Notes: generated from the letters alone by a model not told the origin. A DNA stretch of 64,000 nucleotides from Dictyostelium discoideum (GCA_000004695.1 CM000155.2:2496001-2560000); one strand, 5' to 3'. Shown: positions 18,527 through 34,990, counted from the stretch's first letter. Numbers and translations are program-made.

Positions 18527-20468
18527 TATATTATTATTATTATTTGAAAAACTTAGAGGAGAGAGAGAGAGAGATATTAATTTAAATTTAATTAATTAAA
18601 ATGAAAAAAGTTTTTTTTTATTATTTTAATTTATATCTTTTTTTTCTTTAAAAATTTATTTTTAATTCTTTAATTAATTATTTTTATTATTATTTTTTTA
18701 TTATAAATTTAATTTTATTGATAGTTTGAATTTATTTCTTAATATTTTACTAAACTATTATTTTATTAGATTTATAGTGTTATGTATAATGTGATGAAAA
18801 GCCAGTACTTTTAGTATTTTTTTTTAATAAAAGTTCTATTTTTGTGTTGATTAATCAAGGAATTAGATTTATAGATAAAATAATAAATGGCGTTTTTTTT
18901 AAATTATTTGTTTTTTTTTAAAATTAAGTATATAAGAAACCAATTTTTAAATTAATAAAAATAAATAAATAAATAAAAAAAAAATTAAAATTTAAATAAC
19001 CATGATTATAGTTGTAAAATTTTAGGTGATTTCAATTCAGTTTATACTATTTTTGATTCTATAATTATTGTTTATCGTAAGAACGTGGTGGTGTTTGTAT
19101 AAGTAAAAATACTTGGAAAAAGGTGTTATATATTTAATTAAAAAAAAAACAAAAATAATTAAAATAAATAAAAATTTAAAAATACAAGTGTCAGGTAGTG
19201 GTGGTGGGGGGTGGTAATAATTATGTACACAGTTGACGTTGACTCAAATGAAGAAAGGAAAAAAAATAATCAATATAAATTATATATACATATATAATTT
19301 TGTTTTTTTACAAAACAAATTTGTTTTTGAGTAATTTTTAAGAATGGGGTGAGTACCTTATTTAAAGAATTATAAATATATAATTAAAATATATATATAT
19401 ATTTTTTTTTTTTAAAAAAAAAATAGATTATCTCATAATGTTTAGATAGTAAAATACAAAAAACAAAAAAAATATTTAAAAAAGCCTTTATACACATTGT
19501 TAATCCCAGTGTGTGTGTGTTTATATGTGTTAATTATTATGATGATAATAATTATAAATATTATGTTCACATATTTTAATTGAATATTTACAAATATTCC
19601 TATTTAAAAATAGATTTGCTTTAATTTTTATTGACTTTTTTTTTTCTTTATTATTTTACAAGGTGATTTGGCGTCATTGTGAGTTTTTTCACCTTGTTAA
19701 ATTTATATCAACACTAATCAATTTGTGTGTGGTAAAAGATTGTGTGGAAAAAAAATAGAAATTTGATTTTTTTATTATGTATTTATTTAAGTTTTTTTTT
19801 AAATTTTTTTTTTTTTTTTTTTAAAAACAACACACCCATACCACTAAAAATGATATATCTAATGATTTTTTTGTTGAATTTTATTCAGCTAATAGAAGAA
19901 ATCCTTTTTTTTTTTTTTTTTATTAAAAATTATTTCAAATAATGGTTTACTTGTATTTGATATACAAATTCCTTCCATTTTTATCTTAATAGATCAATAG
20001 AAAATAATAATAAAATTTGACATTTAAAAAAAAAAAAAAAAAAAAAATTATTTATAAATATATATTTGATTTAATTGGTGATTTAATAAAAAAAATATAT
20101 ATTTATCAATAACAAACTCCAGCTTTATTTTGTAATTGGCCTTTTTTTAAAATTTAAGTGAATTTCTGTATGTGTGAATAAAATTATGAAAAACAGAGTG
20201 AATGAGGGTATTTATATAATGAAAAACAAACACACTCACACACCTAAACAATTTTTACACTCTCGAAATATTGTGTTGTGGTTAAATCATATTGTTTTGT
20301 TTGATTTTTTTTATTTTAGAAAACCGTTAAAATTATTTTTATTTTATATTACCTTTTATTCCACTCTTTATATATATGAGTTTTATTTGGGTGTACACGA
20401 GTATGTGATATGATGGGAAATCAATTGATTATTCTAATAGTGGTTTTCCAATTTTTTTTTTTTTTTTT

Positions 20469-20511
<43 letters not shown>

Positions 20512-21022
20512 ATTAAATTTATATATATCCACTGATATTGTTTTATCTTTTATTTTAAAATTGCGCCATACAAACAAAAAGAAAATAAATAATTAAATCT
20601 AAATACCAACCAACTAACACATTTTATTACAAACCTTTTTTTTTTTATTTTTTCGAAATTATTAACAATTTAAGGTTTTAAATCTCTTTTTTATTCCATG
20701 ACATAATTTATGTTTTTCAATAATTTAATGTTGATAAAACTGTTAATCAGCGATTTAAAAATAAAAATAAAAATAATGTTGATTATTGGGATTCCAATAA
20801 AATTTTAATAATAAATTTAAAGGAATTCAATATTTTTTATTTTTTTTATTTTTATTATTATTTTTAATTTTTTTATTAGAAAATATTTATGTATCAGTTT
20901 ACAAATATTAAAAATTTATTTATTATTATTATTATTATTTTCATTATTATTTTTATTATCATTATTATTAATATTATAATTTTTTTTTTTTTTTTTTTTT
21001 GTTTTTTTTTGTTTTATTTTAT

Positions 21023-24139
<3,117 letters not shown>

Positions 24140-24282
24140 TTTATGTGTGGAAGAAAAAAAAGAAAAAAGAAAAATAAAATTTAAAAAAAAAAAAATGAAA
24201 AAAAGAAAAAAGATTTTTTTTTTTATTTATTTTTTATTTTTTTATTTTATTTTTTTTTTTAAATAAAAATAATTTTTAAAAT

Positions 24283-25716
24283 TTATTCATAATAATAACA
24301 AAATGAATCGAAAATATAAAATGATTTTTTATAAATTATACCAAATTGATTTGAGGCTTTTGTTCTCATTGTGATTACTATACCATGAGATTTTTGAACA
24401 GAGGTAGCAATTAATTGAATTGATGGTTGTCCTAATTCAACATCATAGCATTGAATGGAAGCTGTTGAGGCTAGATGTTTATCTAAACGAATGAAACTTG
24501 GTTCTTCAGTTAACAATTTCGATTCTGGTAATAATTGTAACATTCTACCAATGACATCATTACTATATTCATTTAGCCTAATAATACCTGCTGATGAGAT
24601 ATCTTCAACTGCAATTCTTACACAGTATGGTAAATCATTAGTATTCTTGGTTGTATCTTTGAATGATATCATTTCACCATTTGGTTTAATTGATGCGAGT
24701 TCAAATGATTTTGGTATATTTAAATTATAGCCAACCATTAAATTATCGAATATATCATAAGGTAATGGTGATCTTGCTTTTAGTATATGTCCACTTGTTA
24801 CACCTAAATAATTGATTAGTCTATCGAATACTTTAACATAGTAAGCTTTATCTCCATTTGGTACTCTAAATGATAATCTTATCCATTGATCGAATTGGAA
24901 TAAAACATCTCTACCATTGTCACTATCATACTGTTTGGCTACAACCACTAACTTTTTACCATTACCATCACGATAATTCAAATTGATTTGAATGTCTTTG
25001 CATTCATCACCTAAACTACCATCATTTGTAAATTCACTATCACTTTTTGTAATACTAAATACTAAACCTCCATCAAGCACCACCTTTTCATCCTTATAAA
25101 TATGTTGTATATCTCCATTAATTTTCTTTGACCAATCTTTTGGGTAAAAATACTCTAAATATATTTCATTTGAATTTGATGTTGATGACGATGACGATGA
25201 TGATAATAATAATGAATTCATTGATAATTGTAAAAATTTATAACCTTTACATTTAAATAGATTAAAAGAACTAATTGCATGATCGTGAACATATAAATGT
25301 TGTTGAAAGAATTCGTCTGCTTTTGATGTATATGAAATTATATAGGCATGACCTTGATCGAAAAAGAAGGATTGTTTGGATTTCATATGATCATTTGGTA
25401 AGTAATAAATAATTGAACGACCATTATATTTGCCACCAATTAATTCGTCAGAGAAACTTGATGGTTTTGCACCAACTCTTAATATTTCACCCATTATCAT
25501 TTGTTGAAACTGATCAACTTTCACCAATGATGTATCCCTTGAAAACATTGATAAATCTATAATTTGAATATTGAATGAAGGATAAGTTAATTCTTCTTTT
25601 TCTTTAAATCCAACTACAAAAAATGAATTATCTGTTTTTATCCAATTACTCGGATAATCACATGAAAAACCATAAATTTGTGATTCATATGTTGAAAATG
25701 TTATAATTTCTTCCAT
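24283..25716 (-). CDS. Hypothetical protein, 477 aa, single exon, non-repetitive apart from a short poly-Ser
   Basis: Continuous minus-strand ORF of normal composition (MEEIITFSTYESQIYGFSCDYPSNWIK...). No recognisable catalytic motif. Confidence 0.55.
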   Translation of the reverse strand: MEEIITFSTYESQIYGFSCDYPSNWIKTDNSFFVVGFKEKEELTYPSFNIQIIDLSMFSRDTSLVKVDQFQQMIMGEILRVGAKPSSFSDELIGGKYNGRSIIYYLPNDHMKSKQSFFFDQGHAYIISYTSKADEFFQQHLYVHDHAISSFNLFKCKGYKFLQLSMNSLLLSSSSSSSTSNSNEIYLEYFYPKDWSKKINGDIQHIYKDEKVVLDGGLVFSITKSDSEFTNDGSLGDECKDIQINLNYRDGNGKKLVVVAKQYDSDNGRDVLFQFDQWIRLSFRVPNGDKAYYVKVFDRLINYLGVTSGHILKARSPLPYDIFDNLMVGYNLNIPKSFELASIKPNGEMISFKDTTKNTNDLPYCVRIAVEDISSAGIIRLNEYSNDVIGRMLQLLPESKLLTEEPSFIRLDKHLASTASIQCYDVELGQPSIQLIATSVQKSHGIVITMRTKASNQFGIIYKKSFYIFDSFCYYYE

Positions 25717-26190
25717 TATCTGTTTTTTTAAATTATTTTTTAAAAAATAAAAAAAAAAAGAAATAGTTTGGGTTTTGAATTCGGTGAAAAAAAAAAAAAA
25801 AAAGAAAAAAAATTAAAAAAAATAATTTTGAAAAAATAAAAAAAAAACCAAATTTAAGTAAAACTTTGAGATTAAAATAAAAAATAATTTATTTTTCTTA
25901 AATTATATATTGTTTTTGAATTTTTTATTAATTTATTATTTATACCTCATACCCAATTTATATTTATAATTAAAAAATTATAATAAATTTTTTTAAAAAA
26001 AAATATTAAAAAAATAAAATAAAAAAGATTTTTTTTTTTTTTTTTTTTTTCTTTTTCCTATTTTTTTTTTTTTTGTTTTTTTTTTTGTTTTTTTTTTTTT
26101 TTTTTTTTAATTGTTGTCGAGACACATTATATTATATTATTAATTTAAATTACACCATATAAAATATTATATTTATATATAATAAACAAT

Positions 26191-26975
26191 ATGTATAATA
26201 ATAATGGTTTTCATGAAGAAACAAATATAGATGAATCACAATTTACAGTTGAAAAAGTTGAAACAGTATTAAAATCACTCTATTTCCCTCAAAATAATGA
26301 TTATAGTGCTTTACCACAAATTCAACAGTGGTTAATACAATTTCAAAAATCATTTTCGTCTTGGAGTATTGCGCCATTGTTATTAATGTCAAATGTAATT
26401 ATTTAGTTTTTTATTTTATTTTATTTTAATTATTATATAATAAAAAAATATATATACAGATTATACTGACAATACTATAATATAATTATAATATTATAAT
26501 AAAAAAAAAAAAAAAGATTAAAGAAATCCAATATTTTGGAGCATCAACAATAGAGAATAAAATTAAAAATAATTGGTTATCATTAAGTCAAGATATGAAA
26601 AAGGAATTTTTAGATAATTTATTATTATTTTTAAAAACACAAATTACAAAATGTTCAACAGTAGTTATCACAAGATTGTGTTTAGCAGTATCAGTCATAG
26701 CTTGCCATTCAACAACTGATCTATGGGCTAACCCAATTTTGGATGTATTACAACTTAGTTTTCAAGATATTAATAATTTAGATTGTTTCAATCCAAATCT
26801 TGTTAATTTAACATTGGAACTTTTAACTATATTCCCTGAAGAATTAACAAATGCAGATTATATAACACAAGAAAAAAGGTATTATTATCTATCAGTTTTT
26901 ATTTACTATTTATATACATTTAAAAAAAAAAAAAAAAAAAGAAATGATAATTGTGTTTTTATTAACATTTTTAAA

Positions 26976-27021
<46 letters not shown>

Positions 27022-29805
27022 TCTAGAAATAAAGTAGGTTTACAATTTAATAAACATAATTCTAAAGTATTTGAAATACTTTGTAAGATAATGTCATTAC
27101 CACAAAATCAACAAACTTTAATATTTATGAAATCATCATTAAAATGTTTTAAAAGTTGGATTTTATTTGATTGTTCACCAAGGTATGTTTTTTTTTTTTT
27201 TTTTTATTATTATTAAATAAATTTATTAATAATTTTTATTTTTTTTTATTTAGGGAATATTTAATTGATAGTGATTTAATTTTAAAATGTTTTGAAGCAG
27301 TTTCAAATAATCCAAAATTAGTTGAAGATTTTTTAATGGTTTTAGATGAAATGTTTACATTTATGGGTGGAAAGATATTTAGAAGTTATACATCGGCATT
27401 TAGTTTGGTTTTAAGTAGAATTTTGATGATTTTTCCATCATTTTACATTTTAGCATTACAAGAAGAGAATCAAATCTTTAATCAAATCTTTTTATTATTT
27501 TCACATATAGCAGAGAATCATATTAAAACCTTATTAAAGAATCCTGAACTTTCAAATAACTTTTTTAAAGCATTAATACAAATGGCATTAAAAGGTGATT
27601 TTGAAACATGTGAACTTTTATCACCTGTTATTACAGAGATTGCAGCTTTACACGAACTTCATTCAACATCATCAACAACAGAAGCAACAACAACTACAAT
27701 AGCAACAACAACTACACCAACAACAACATCTGATTGTGATATTAGTGGATGGTATCAATATTTAGGGGAAATGGTTGAAGTATTTAGATTGAAATCAATG
27801 TATCCATTGGATAAGGATATTTCAGACCTCTACGAAGAGGATGCTGAGAAATTCTTTGCATTTAGAGTTATAGCAGGTGATAGTGTATTAGAGGTGTACA
27901 ATATATTGGAGGGTAAAATATTACAACAACTACTCAATAGTCTTTGGTCGGATATTCAATCTTTCCCAACTACCAAATGTTGGCAATCTATTGAAGCAAC
28001 CATCTATCTATTAAGTTGTCTATCAGAGAGTATAACAGAGGATACAGAATTTGTACCACAACTATTCTCAATTTTAGGTCAATTACCAATTCAATCGACA
28101 CCACTCATTAAAAGTACAATGACTTTGGCAGGTAACTATTCAAATCTAATCGATAAAAGTACAATATTCCTTGAGAAGATTGTAAAAGATTTCTTCCCAG
28201 CTTTTGAAAATCCAGATTTAAAATCAGTTGCAAGTCAATCTTTCCTTTCAATCTCTAAAAATTCAAAATGTGCTTCAATACTTTCAAATAGTATTACTCA
28301 ATTAATTTCTTTATGTGCTCCAATTTTATCAAATAATGTAAAAAAAAAAAAATTATTATTTTTTTTTTTTAATTAAAAAAAATACAATTTAAACTAATTA
28401 ATTATATTAATATATATATAGAATAAAATTTTAGATGACCCATCAAATTTTAATATTTTAGAAGCTTTATTATACATTATATCAACATTACCATCAGATT
28501 CTCAAGTTTTAAATTATTCAACTCAATTACTTTATCCATTCATACTTTTTATTAAAAATTATTATACAAATCAACTGCAACAACAGCAACAACAACAACA
28601 GCAACAACAAACTGAATTACGATTATTATTATCATCAATTAATCTATTAACAAAATTCTGTAAAATATATGACGATGAGCAAGTTAATGAATATGGAACA
28701 ACGCAACAAGAAAATAATAATAATAATAACAATAATAATAATAACAATAATAATAATAATAACAATAATAATAATAATAATAATAATAATATTAAACCAG
28801 TTTTTGAAATTATTAACAATATAATACCGATTTATGGAGAGTTATTAAGTTTAAATACGTTAGAGAGTTCAATTATCGAAGCGATTAGTATATTTTATAA
28901 AAAAGCGATAATGATAAATAATAACCATCAAAATATAACAAATATACCAGAAATTAATAGGCAACTTACATTAGCATTTTTAAAACATAAACCATTAAGT
29001 TTAGTATTAAGTACACTTTCAATCTCAATAGTTAATTTACCAAAAGAACAACATTTAGATTTTTTAGCAGATTCATTATCCTCTATCTCTTCTAAAATGA
29101 TTCAAATTTGGAGCGAAAAATCAAATCAAAATAATAAAAAGAATAATAAAAAAATAAATAATAATATTGATATTGATAATGATAATGAAAATAATAATAA
29201 TAATAATCAAATTCAATTTGAAAATAATGAATTAAATGAATTTAAAAATTTAAAAATTTCAATTTATCCAGATATAACAAAGGAATATTTTACAATGATT
29301 ACACAGTATATAAGGTATAATGCTGTATCAATTCCTCAAGGAGTTATATCACATTTGTTTAGTATCATTTTAGTAAACATTACAAAGATACATGATAAAG
29401 TTACAGCACGTGCTTGCTTTTCATTTATGGCTTTGATAATCACAAAATCAAAAGAAATGAAAAGTCAAATCAAATGGGAACCACTATTAAATGAAATCAA
29501 TGGTTGGTTAAGTATTCATGGTGAACTATTTATTAAACAAATACTTTATTCCGCTGGTGGTGGTATACCAAGAAGTGTTGTACAATTTATTTCAGAGGTT
29601 ATAGCATCTTTAGTATCTTCGTATCCTGATGTATTTAGAATTAGTGCACTCAAATGTTTATCAGTTGATGGTTTCCCTTCAAGTAATATAACAAAAGAAC
29701 AAAAAGAGAAATTTTTAAATTCTTTAATGTTGTATAGATCAAAGAAATTACCTTTAAAAATTGTTACTGATTTTTCTTTAGTTTCTTTAGGTATTGCAAC
29801 AAATC

Positions 29806-29810
<5 letters not shown>
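26191..29810 (+). CDS. Importin-beta superfamily nuclear transport receptor, importin-13-like, about 1064 aa. Exons: 26191..26394, 26517..26878, 27027..27182, 27254..28337, 28422..29810.
   Basis: N-terminal importin-N region ...IQQWLIQFQKSFSSWSIAPLLLMSN|IKEIQYFGASTIENKIKNNW (importin-13 has PEIQYFGASALHIKISRYW). Long HEAT-like helical body and poly-Q/poly-N inserts in the last exon. Donors GTAATT, GTATTA, GTATGT, GTAAAA with phases 0,2,2,0 consistent across junctions. Confidence 0.75.
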
Positions 29811-29860
<50 letters not shown>

Positions 29861-30232
29861 TACATATAAAAAAAAAAAAAAAAAACAATATAATAAAATA
29901 AAAAATCAATTAAATCAAATAAAAAAAAAAAATTAAATAAAAAAGATAAATAAATAAAAAAAAAAATAAAAAATATTGTAACGATATAATACAATATCTA
30001 CCTGTTTTTATTTTATATCTCTCTTCGTCTCCCTTCAAATAATTTTGTTCTCGAGATCCCAACAATATCTCAATAAATTGAAACGATAAATTTGGTTTGA
30101 ATTTTGTTTTTTTTTTTTTTAATTGGATAGAAAAAAAAAAAAAGAAAAAAAAAAGGAATGAATTTATCAAAAATGATAGATTTATCTTTATTAAAAAAAG
30201 TATTGTGGAACATTGCCAATTTTGATCTTTCC

Positions 30233-30263
<31 letters not shown>

Positions 30264-30721
30264 ATTCATAATAATAAACTGAAATTGGTGTCTTTTCAAT
30301 TTAAAAAAGATAATGAATTGTTGTGATGAGCCATATTTGTAAATAAAAAAGATTTAAAATGGTTGTTGGGGGTATTTTTTAGTTTTTTTTTTTTATTTTT
30401 TCTTCAGATTTAAAATAATAAGATTATATTGTGATTGTATTGACGTCGACGTTATTTTGAAAAAAAAAAAAAAGTTTAAACTTGTTATTATTGATGAGAT
30501 ATTTTTTGTCAAATTAATAACATAATTAAAGTATTAAAAATAATTTTAAAAAGATAAAAATATTAAAAAAAATAAAAAAATAAAAAAACAAATAAAAAAA
30601 AAACATATAAATAGAGAGAAATGAAATTAATTTATTCATTAAAAAGTAAAAATTATTTATTTATAAAAAATCTAAATTTAAATAATTCAATAAAAAAAAA
30701 AAAAAAAAAAAAGTATAATAA

Positions 30722-30995
30722 ATGACAATTACAAGTAAGTTTTATATAAAAAATATATTAAATAATTTTATAATTAATTATTAAAAAAAATAAAAAAATA
30801 AATATAATAATAGGATCAATTTCATCGTTTAGCGGAATGACTTCCCCTCAAACAAACTCCAACCAACAAATTGTTTCAGATGTTGTTAATAACAACACAA
30901 AAAGAAATTCTATCCAATCAAAAAATGGTGTTTCTGAGACTTCTACTAAATTTGGTGATGTTACAGATAGTTCCCAACCATGTTCAATATTATGA
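30722..30995 (+). CDS. Small 64-aa Ser/Thr/Asn-rich protein ending in a CaaX prenylation box (CSIL). Two exons: 30722..30734 and 30814..30995.
   Basis: ATG in context aataaATGa. 13-nt first exon then a consensus donor GTAAGT at 30735-30740, a 79-nt AT-rich intron, acceptor aataatAG at 30812-30813, and in-frame continuation to ...QPCSIL-TGA. Protein: MTITRSISSFSGMTSPQTNSNQQIVSDVVNNNTKRNSIQSKNGVSETSTKFGDVTDSSQPCSIL. Confidence 0.5.
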
Positions 30996-31389
30996 AAACA
31001 TATTTAAAAAATATATCGATGTAAGAAAAAAAAAAAAAAAAAAAAAATATTTGTAAATATAAACAATAATAAACTATTTAATTGATGATCATATTATTTT
31101 ATTTATTTTTATTATGATAATTTGAGAAAACAAAAATATGGAAAATTTTTCAAAGATTTTTTTTTTTTTAATAATTATTATTTATTTTTATTTTTTTAAT
31201 CAGTATTATTTATTTATTTATTTTTTATTTTTTTAAATCATTTTACTTTTTTCAATTCTATAAAAATAAAATAAAATAAAATAAAATAAAATAAAATAAA
31301 ATGAAATTTTATTATTATTTTTTCCAAATTTTAGGAATATATTTAGTAATTTGTCAAAACAAAAAAAGGTTCAATTTAAATTCTTAATT

Positions 31390-31420
<31 letters not shown>

Positions 31421-31427
<7 letters not shown>

Positions 31428-32650
31428 GTATAACGAATTCTTGATGGTTGATATTGTAAAGTATAATCAATTCTTAATTTTAATTGATGAGCAAATTCAA
31501 TTGGTAAGAAAGGATTTCTAAGAAAAGCTCTACCAAACATTATTAAATCTGAACTATTTGATTCTAGGATTGATTCAGCTTCACTAGCAGTTGTAATTAA
31601 ACCAACAGAGGAAACTAATAATTTACCAGAACGTTTTAAAATTGATTGTTTAATTTCATGAGAGAATGGTACTTGGTATAATGGTTTTGAAGTAATCTTT
31701 TGTTTACTATTATTACCACCAGTTGAAACATCAATTAAATCAACATCTAATGATTCTAAAATTTCTGCTAATTTAATTGAATCATTTAAATCCCAACCAT
31801 TTTCATTCTCTACCCATTCATCAGCAGATATTCTAACAGCTAGTGGTTTTTCAGTTGACCAAACTGAACGAACTGATTTAACGATTTCAATTAGTAATTT
31901 AATTCTACCATCGAATGAACCACCACCATAAATATCGGTACGTTTATTTGAAGTTGATGAAAGGAATTGATTGATTAAGTAACCGTGAGCGGCATGGATT
32001 TCAATTAAATCAATACCAGCTTTAGCGCATCTTATTGCCGATTTCTTGAATGATTCAATAACATTTTCAATATCATTAATTGACATTTCAATTGGTATTG
32101 ACATTTTATCACTCCATTGGATTGACGATGGTGCATAAACATTCCAACCATTACCACTTGGATCATTGGTTGGAATTGAATTTGAATTTCTGGCACCTTC
32201 TAAAAACAATGGAATACTTGATCCTTTTCTACCTGCATGTCCAAGTTGAATACCAACTTTACTATCAAATTCATGTGAAAAATCAACAATTCTCTTTAAT
32301 CCATCAATTTGAGAATCTTTCCAAAGTCCTGCGTCGCCATATGTAATACGACCTTCTGGTTCAACCGATGTTGCTTCAATTATTACTAAACTTGCACCAC
32401 CTTTTGCAAAATTTGAATAATGACTAAAATGCCAATCATTAAAATATCCATCTAAACTTGAATACTGACACATTGGACTAACAACTATACGATTTTTTAA
32501 TTTTAAATTCTTAATTTTTAATTGTGAAAATAATTTTGGTTTATCATTTTTTTCATTTGATGAACTTGCATCATCAATATGATCTTGATTTACAATTGAT
32601 CCAGCTGATGTGTAGTTAGTTGGTTTATTAAATGTATATTTAAATTCCAT
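31421..32650 (-). CDS. NADPH dehydrogenase / NADH:flavin oxidoreductase of the Old Yellow Enzyme family (YqjM-type), 409 aa, single exon
   Basis: IVVSPMCQYSS..., ...HAAHGYLINQFLS..., GGS...R..., TIM-barrel OYE signatures throughout. N-terminal about 45-aa extension. Confidence 0.9.
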
Positions 32651-33242
32651 TTTTATTATATATATATTATTATTAAATATTTATAAAAACTATTATTTAA
32701 GAAAAAAAAAAGTTTATTTTATTGTATTATTGATTTATTTTATTAATGATTTAAAATAATTTTTTTTTTTTTTTTTATACTTTTTTTTTTAGTATAAAAA
32801 AAAAAAAAAAATCTATTTAACAAAGAATAACATTGGTTTCTGACTAAAAATAGATAAACCTTAATGAAAGTTTATCTTTAGAAAAAAAGAAAAAAAAGAA
32901 TACGACTTCAGAAACATTTTTGATTGTGTGTAAATTTTATTTTTTTTTTTTTTTTTTTTTTTTTTTTATTCTTTTTAATTTTTTTTTTTTTTTTTTTTTT
33001 TTTGTGTGGTTTGATTTCTTCTGGAATGTTAAAAATAATGAAAATATGAAAATTTAAATCTGTGAAATAAATGAAAATAGAAAACAGTTTTTTTTTCTTT
33101 TTTGTTTTAATTTTTACAATTTTCTATTATATGAATTTTTTATTTTTTTTTAAATGTTTTTTTTTTTGAGAGACTGCTTCTAATTTTTCAATTTCATCAT
33201 CATCTATATCATCTTTATTATTTTTAAAGAAATGACTTTTTA

Positions 33243-33440
<198 letters not shown>

Positions 33441-33993
33441 ATTATTATAATTATTATAATTATTTTTTTTTTTTTTTTTTTTTTTTTAAAGTTAGTTCTA
33501 AATTCCTATTTTTTGTTTTCTTCAAAGAATATATTTTTAAATTTAAAATAATAGATTTAGTTACGATTTGTGAATGATCGCTTTTTTTTTTTTTTTTTTT
33601 TTTTTTGTTAAAGTAGATGGTTAAGGTCCATAATAATTTTTTTTTTTTTTTTTTTTTTTTTTATTTATATAAAAAAATTTAAAAAAAAAAAAAAATAGAG
33701 ATCGGAAGTAGATTTGCACACAATCGAATTTTTTCGTGTAAAAATTATCGATTCCACAATATGCCAATATGAGATCTACAACAGATTAAAATAGATTTGT
33801 AAAACTTAATCGGTTTTTTTTTTTTTTTTTTTTTTTTATGAAATCACTGTGATTGAATTTGCAGTTGAAAAGAAATATCTTTTTTTTTTTTTTTTTTTTC
33901 AATCAAAAAATTGTATAAATAGTTAAAAACATTTTTTTTATTTTATTCATTAAATATATTAAAACAATAAATAAACAAATAAAAATTAATAAA

Positions 33994-34449
33994 ATGCCAA
34001 GTGTTACAGTTGATTATAAAGTTTTTATGACTCATGACCATACTAATAATACCAGTATTGGAACTGATGGTTTAGCAACATGTATTGGTATCATTGCAAG
34101 ATTAAATAACGGTGACACCTACTGTGGTCACATTTCAAATGAAATTCAAGGAACCACTGCAAATTTACCAATCATTATGCAGAGAACTCAAACCATTATG
34201 ACTGCACGTTTAAATCCTGCCAATGTAATTTCAGTACATTGTGCAACTACAAGCACTTTTCCAGATACCAATGCAATGTATAATGCTATAGTTAATACTT
34301 ATCCAGGTTTAGTTCAACCAAAAATGGAAGGTACTGGTATATATTGGGATGGAAATGCAGTTGGTGTTATAAATGGATTGTATGATAATATTAATGGAAA
34401 TACTGAAGGTACAAATGATGATCAAGGTCCATTAAATGTCACTAATTGA
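33994..34449 (+). CDS. Orphan 151-aa protein, non-repetitive, with paired Cys/His motifs (GLATCIGIIAR...YCGHIS)
   Basis: Single ORF with good start context (ttaataaaATGc). No signal peptide and no low complexity. Not assignable to a family from sequence alone. Confidence 0.5.
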   Translation: MPSVTVDYKVFMTHDHTNNTSIGTDGLATCIGIIARLNNGDTYCGHISNEIQGTTANLPIIMQRTQTIMTARLNPANVISVHCATTSTFPDTNAMYNAIVNTYPGLVQPKMEGTGIYWDGNAVGVINGLYDNINGNTEGTNDDQGPLNVTN

Positions 34450-34918
34450 ATTATTAATAAATAATAAAAAATTGTAATAAAACCAACACAAAGTTATTAA
34501 AATAAAAAAAATAAAAAAAACTTCAATTTGATTTTTTTCAAATAATCTAGATTAGTCGATCAGAATTTATCAGAATTATTTTTATTTTTTTTTTTTTTTT
34601 GGTATTTTTCTTTTTTATTTTTAACAAACCTAAAGGTTTATTATTTTTTTTAAATATCCAATTCATTCAATACTTGATCAATTGAGGGTTAATTTGAAAA
34701 GCCAAATAATTATTTTTTTAATTATTTCAAAACAATTCACAAAGGAGTTTTTTAAAAAATCTCATTAAACTTGATAAAGAAAAAGAAGTTATATATATAC
34801 ATAAATATTAATAAAAAACAAAATTTGATAATAAAAAAAAAAAAACTTTTATTATACAAATGTTTATTTAAAAATTATTAATACTTTGTTTTTCCTTTAA
34901 TAAAATATTATTGTTTTT

Positions 34919-34965
<47 letters not shown>

Positions 34966-34990
34966 GTATATTTGTTTTTGTTTTGTTGTT

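Larger units (their letters stand above)
13322..21022. other. 7.7-kb ORF-free, extremely AT-rich block containing microsatellites and recurring G/T-rich motifs. No convincing exon found on either strand.
   Basis: Longest ORFs are under 80 codons, all of poly-F/K/N character from homopolymers. Contains (AAAT)n at 15847-16010, (CAA)n-like repeat at 16845-16985, (GAT)n-like at 18061-18100. G/T-rich motifs: GTGGGTGAGTGGGTG at about 15563 and about 16748, CACACACCCACACACCCACC at 17231-17250, GTGAGTGAGTGAG at about 18465. Confidence 0.6.

Noticed and set aside
13322-21022. Centromeric/telomeric or rDNA repeat identity for the gene-free block
   Set aside because: No retrotransposon coding remnants, telomeric or rDNA-like sequence could be recognised by eye; the block is simple AT-rich DNA with microsatellites.
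30871-31056. 61-aa plus-strand ORF MFQMLLITTQKEIL...
   Set aside because: Different frame from the better-supported spliced CaaX ORF covering the same DNA; it runs through the stop into a poly-A tract.
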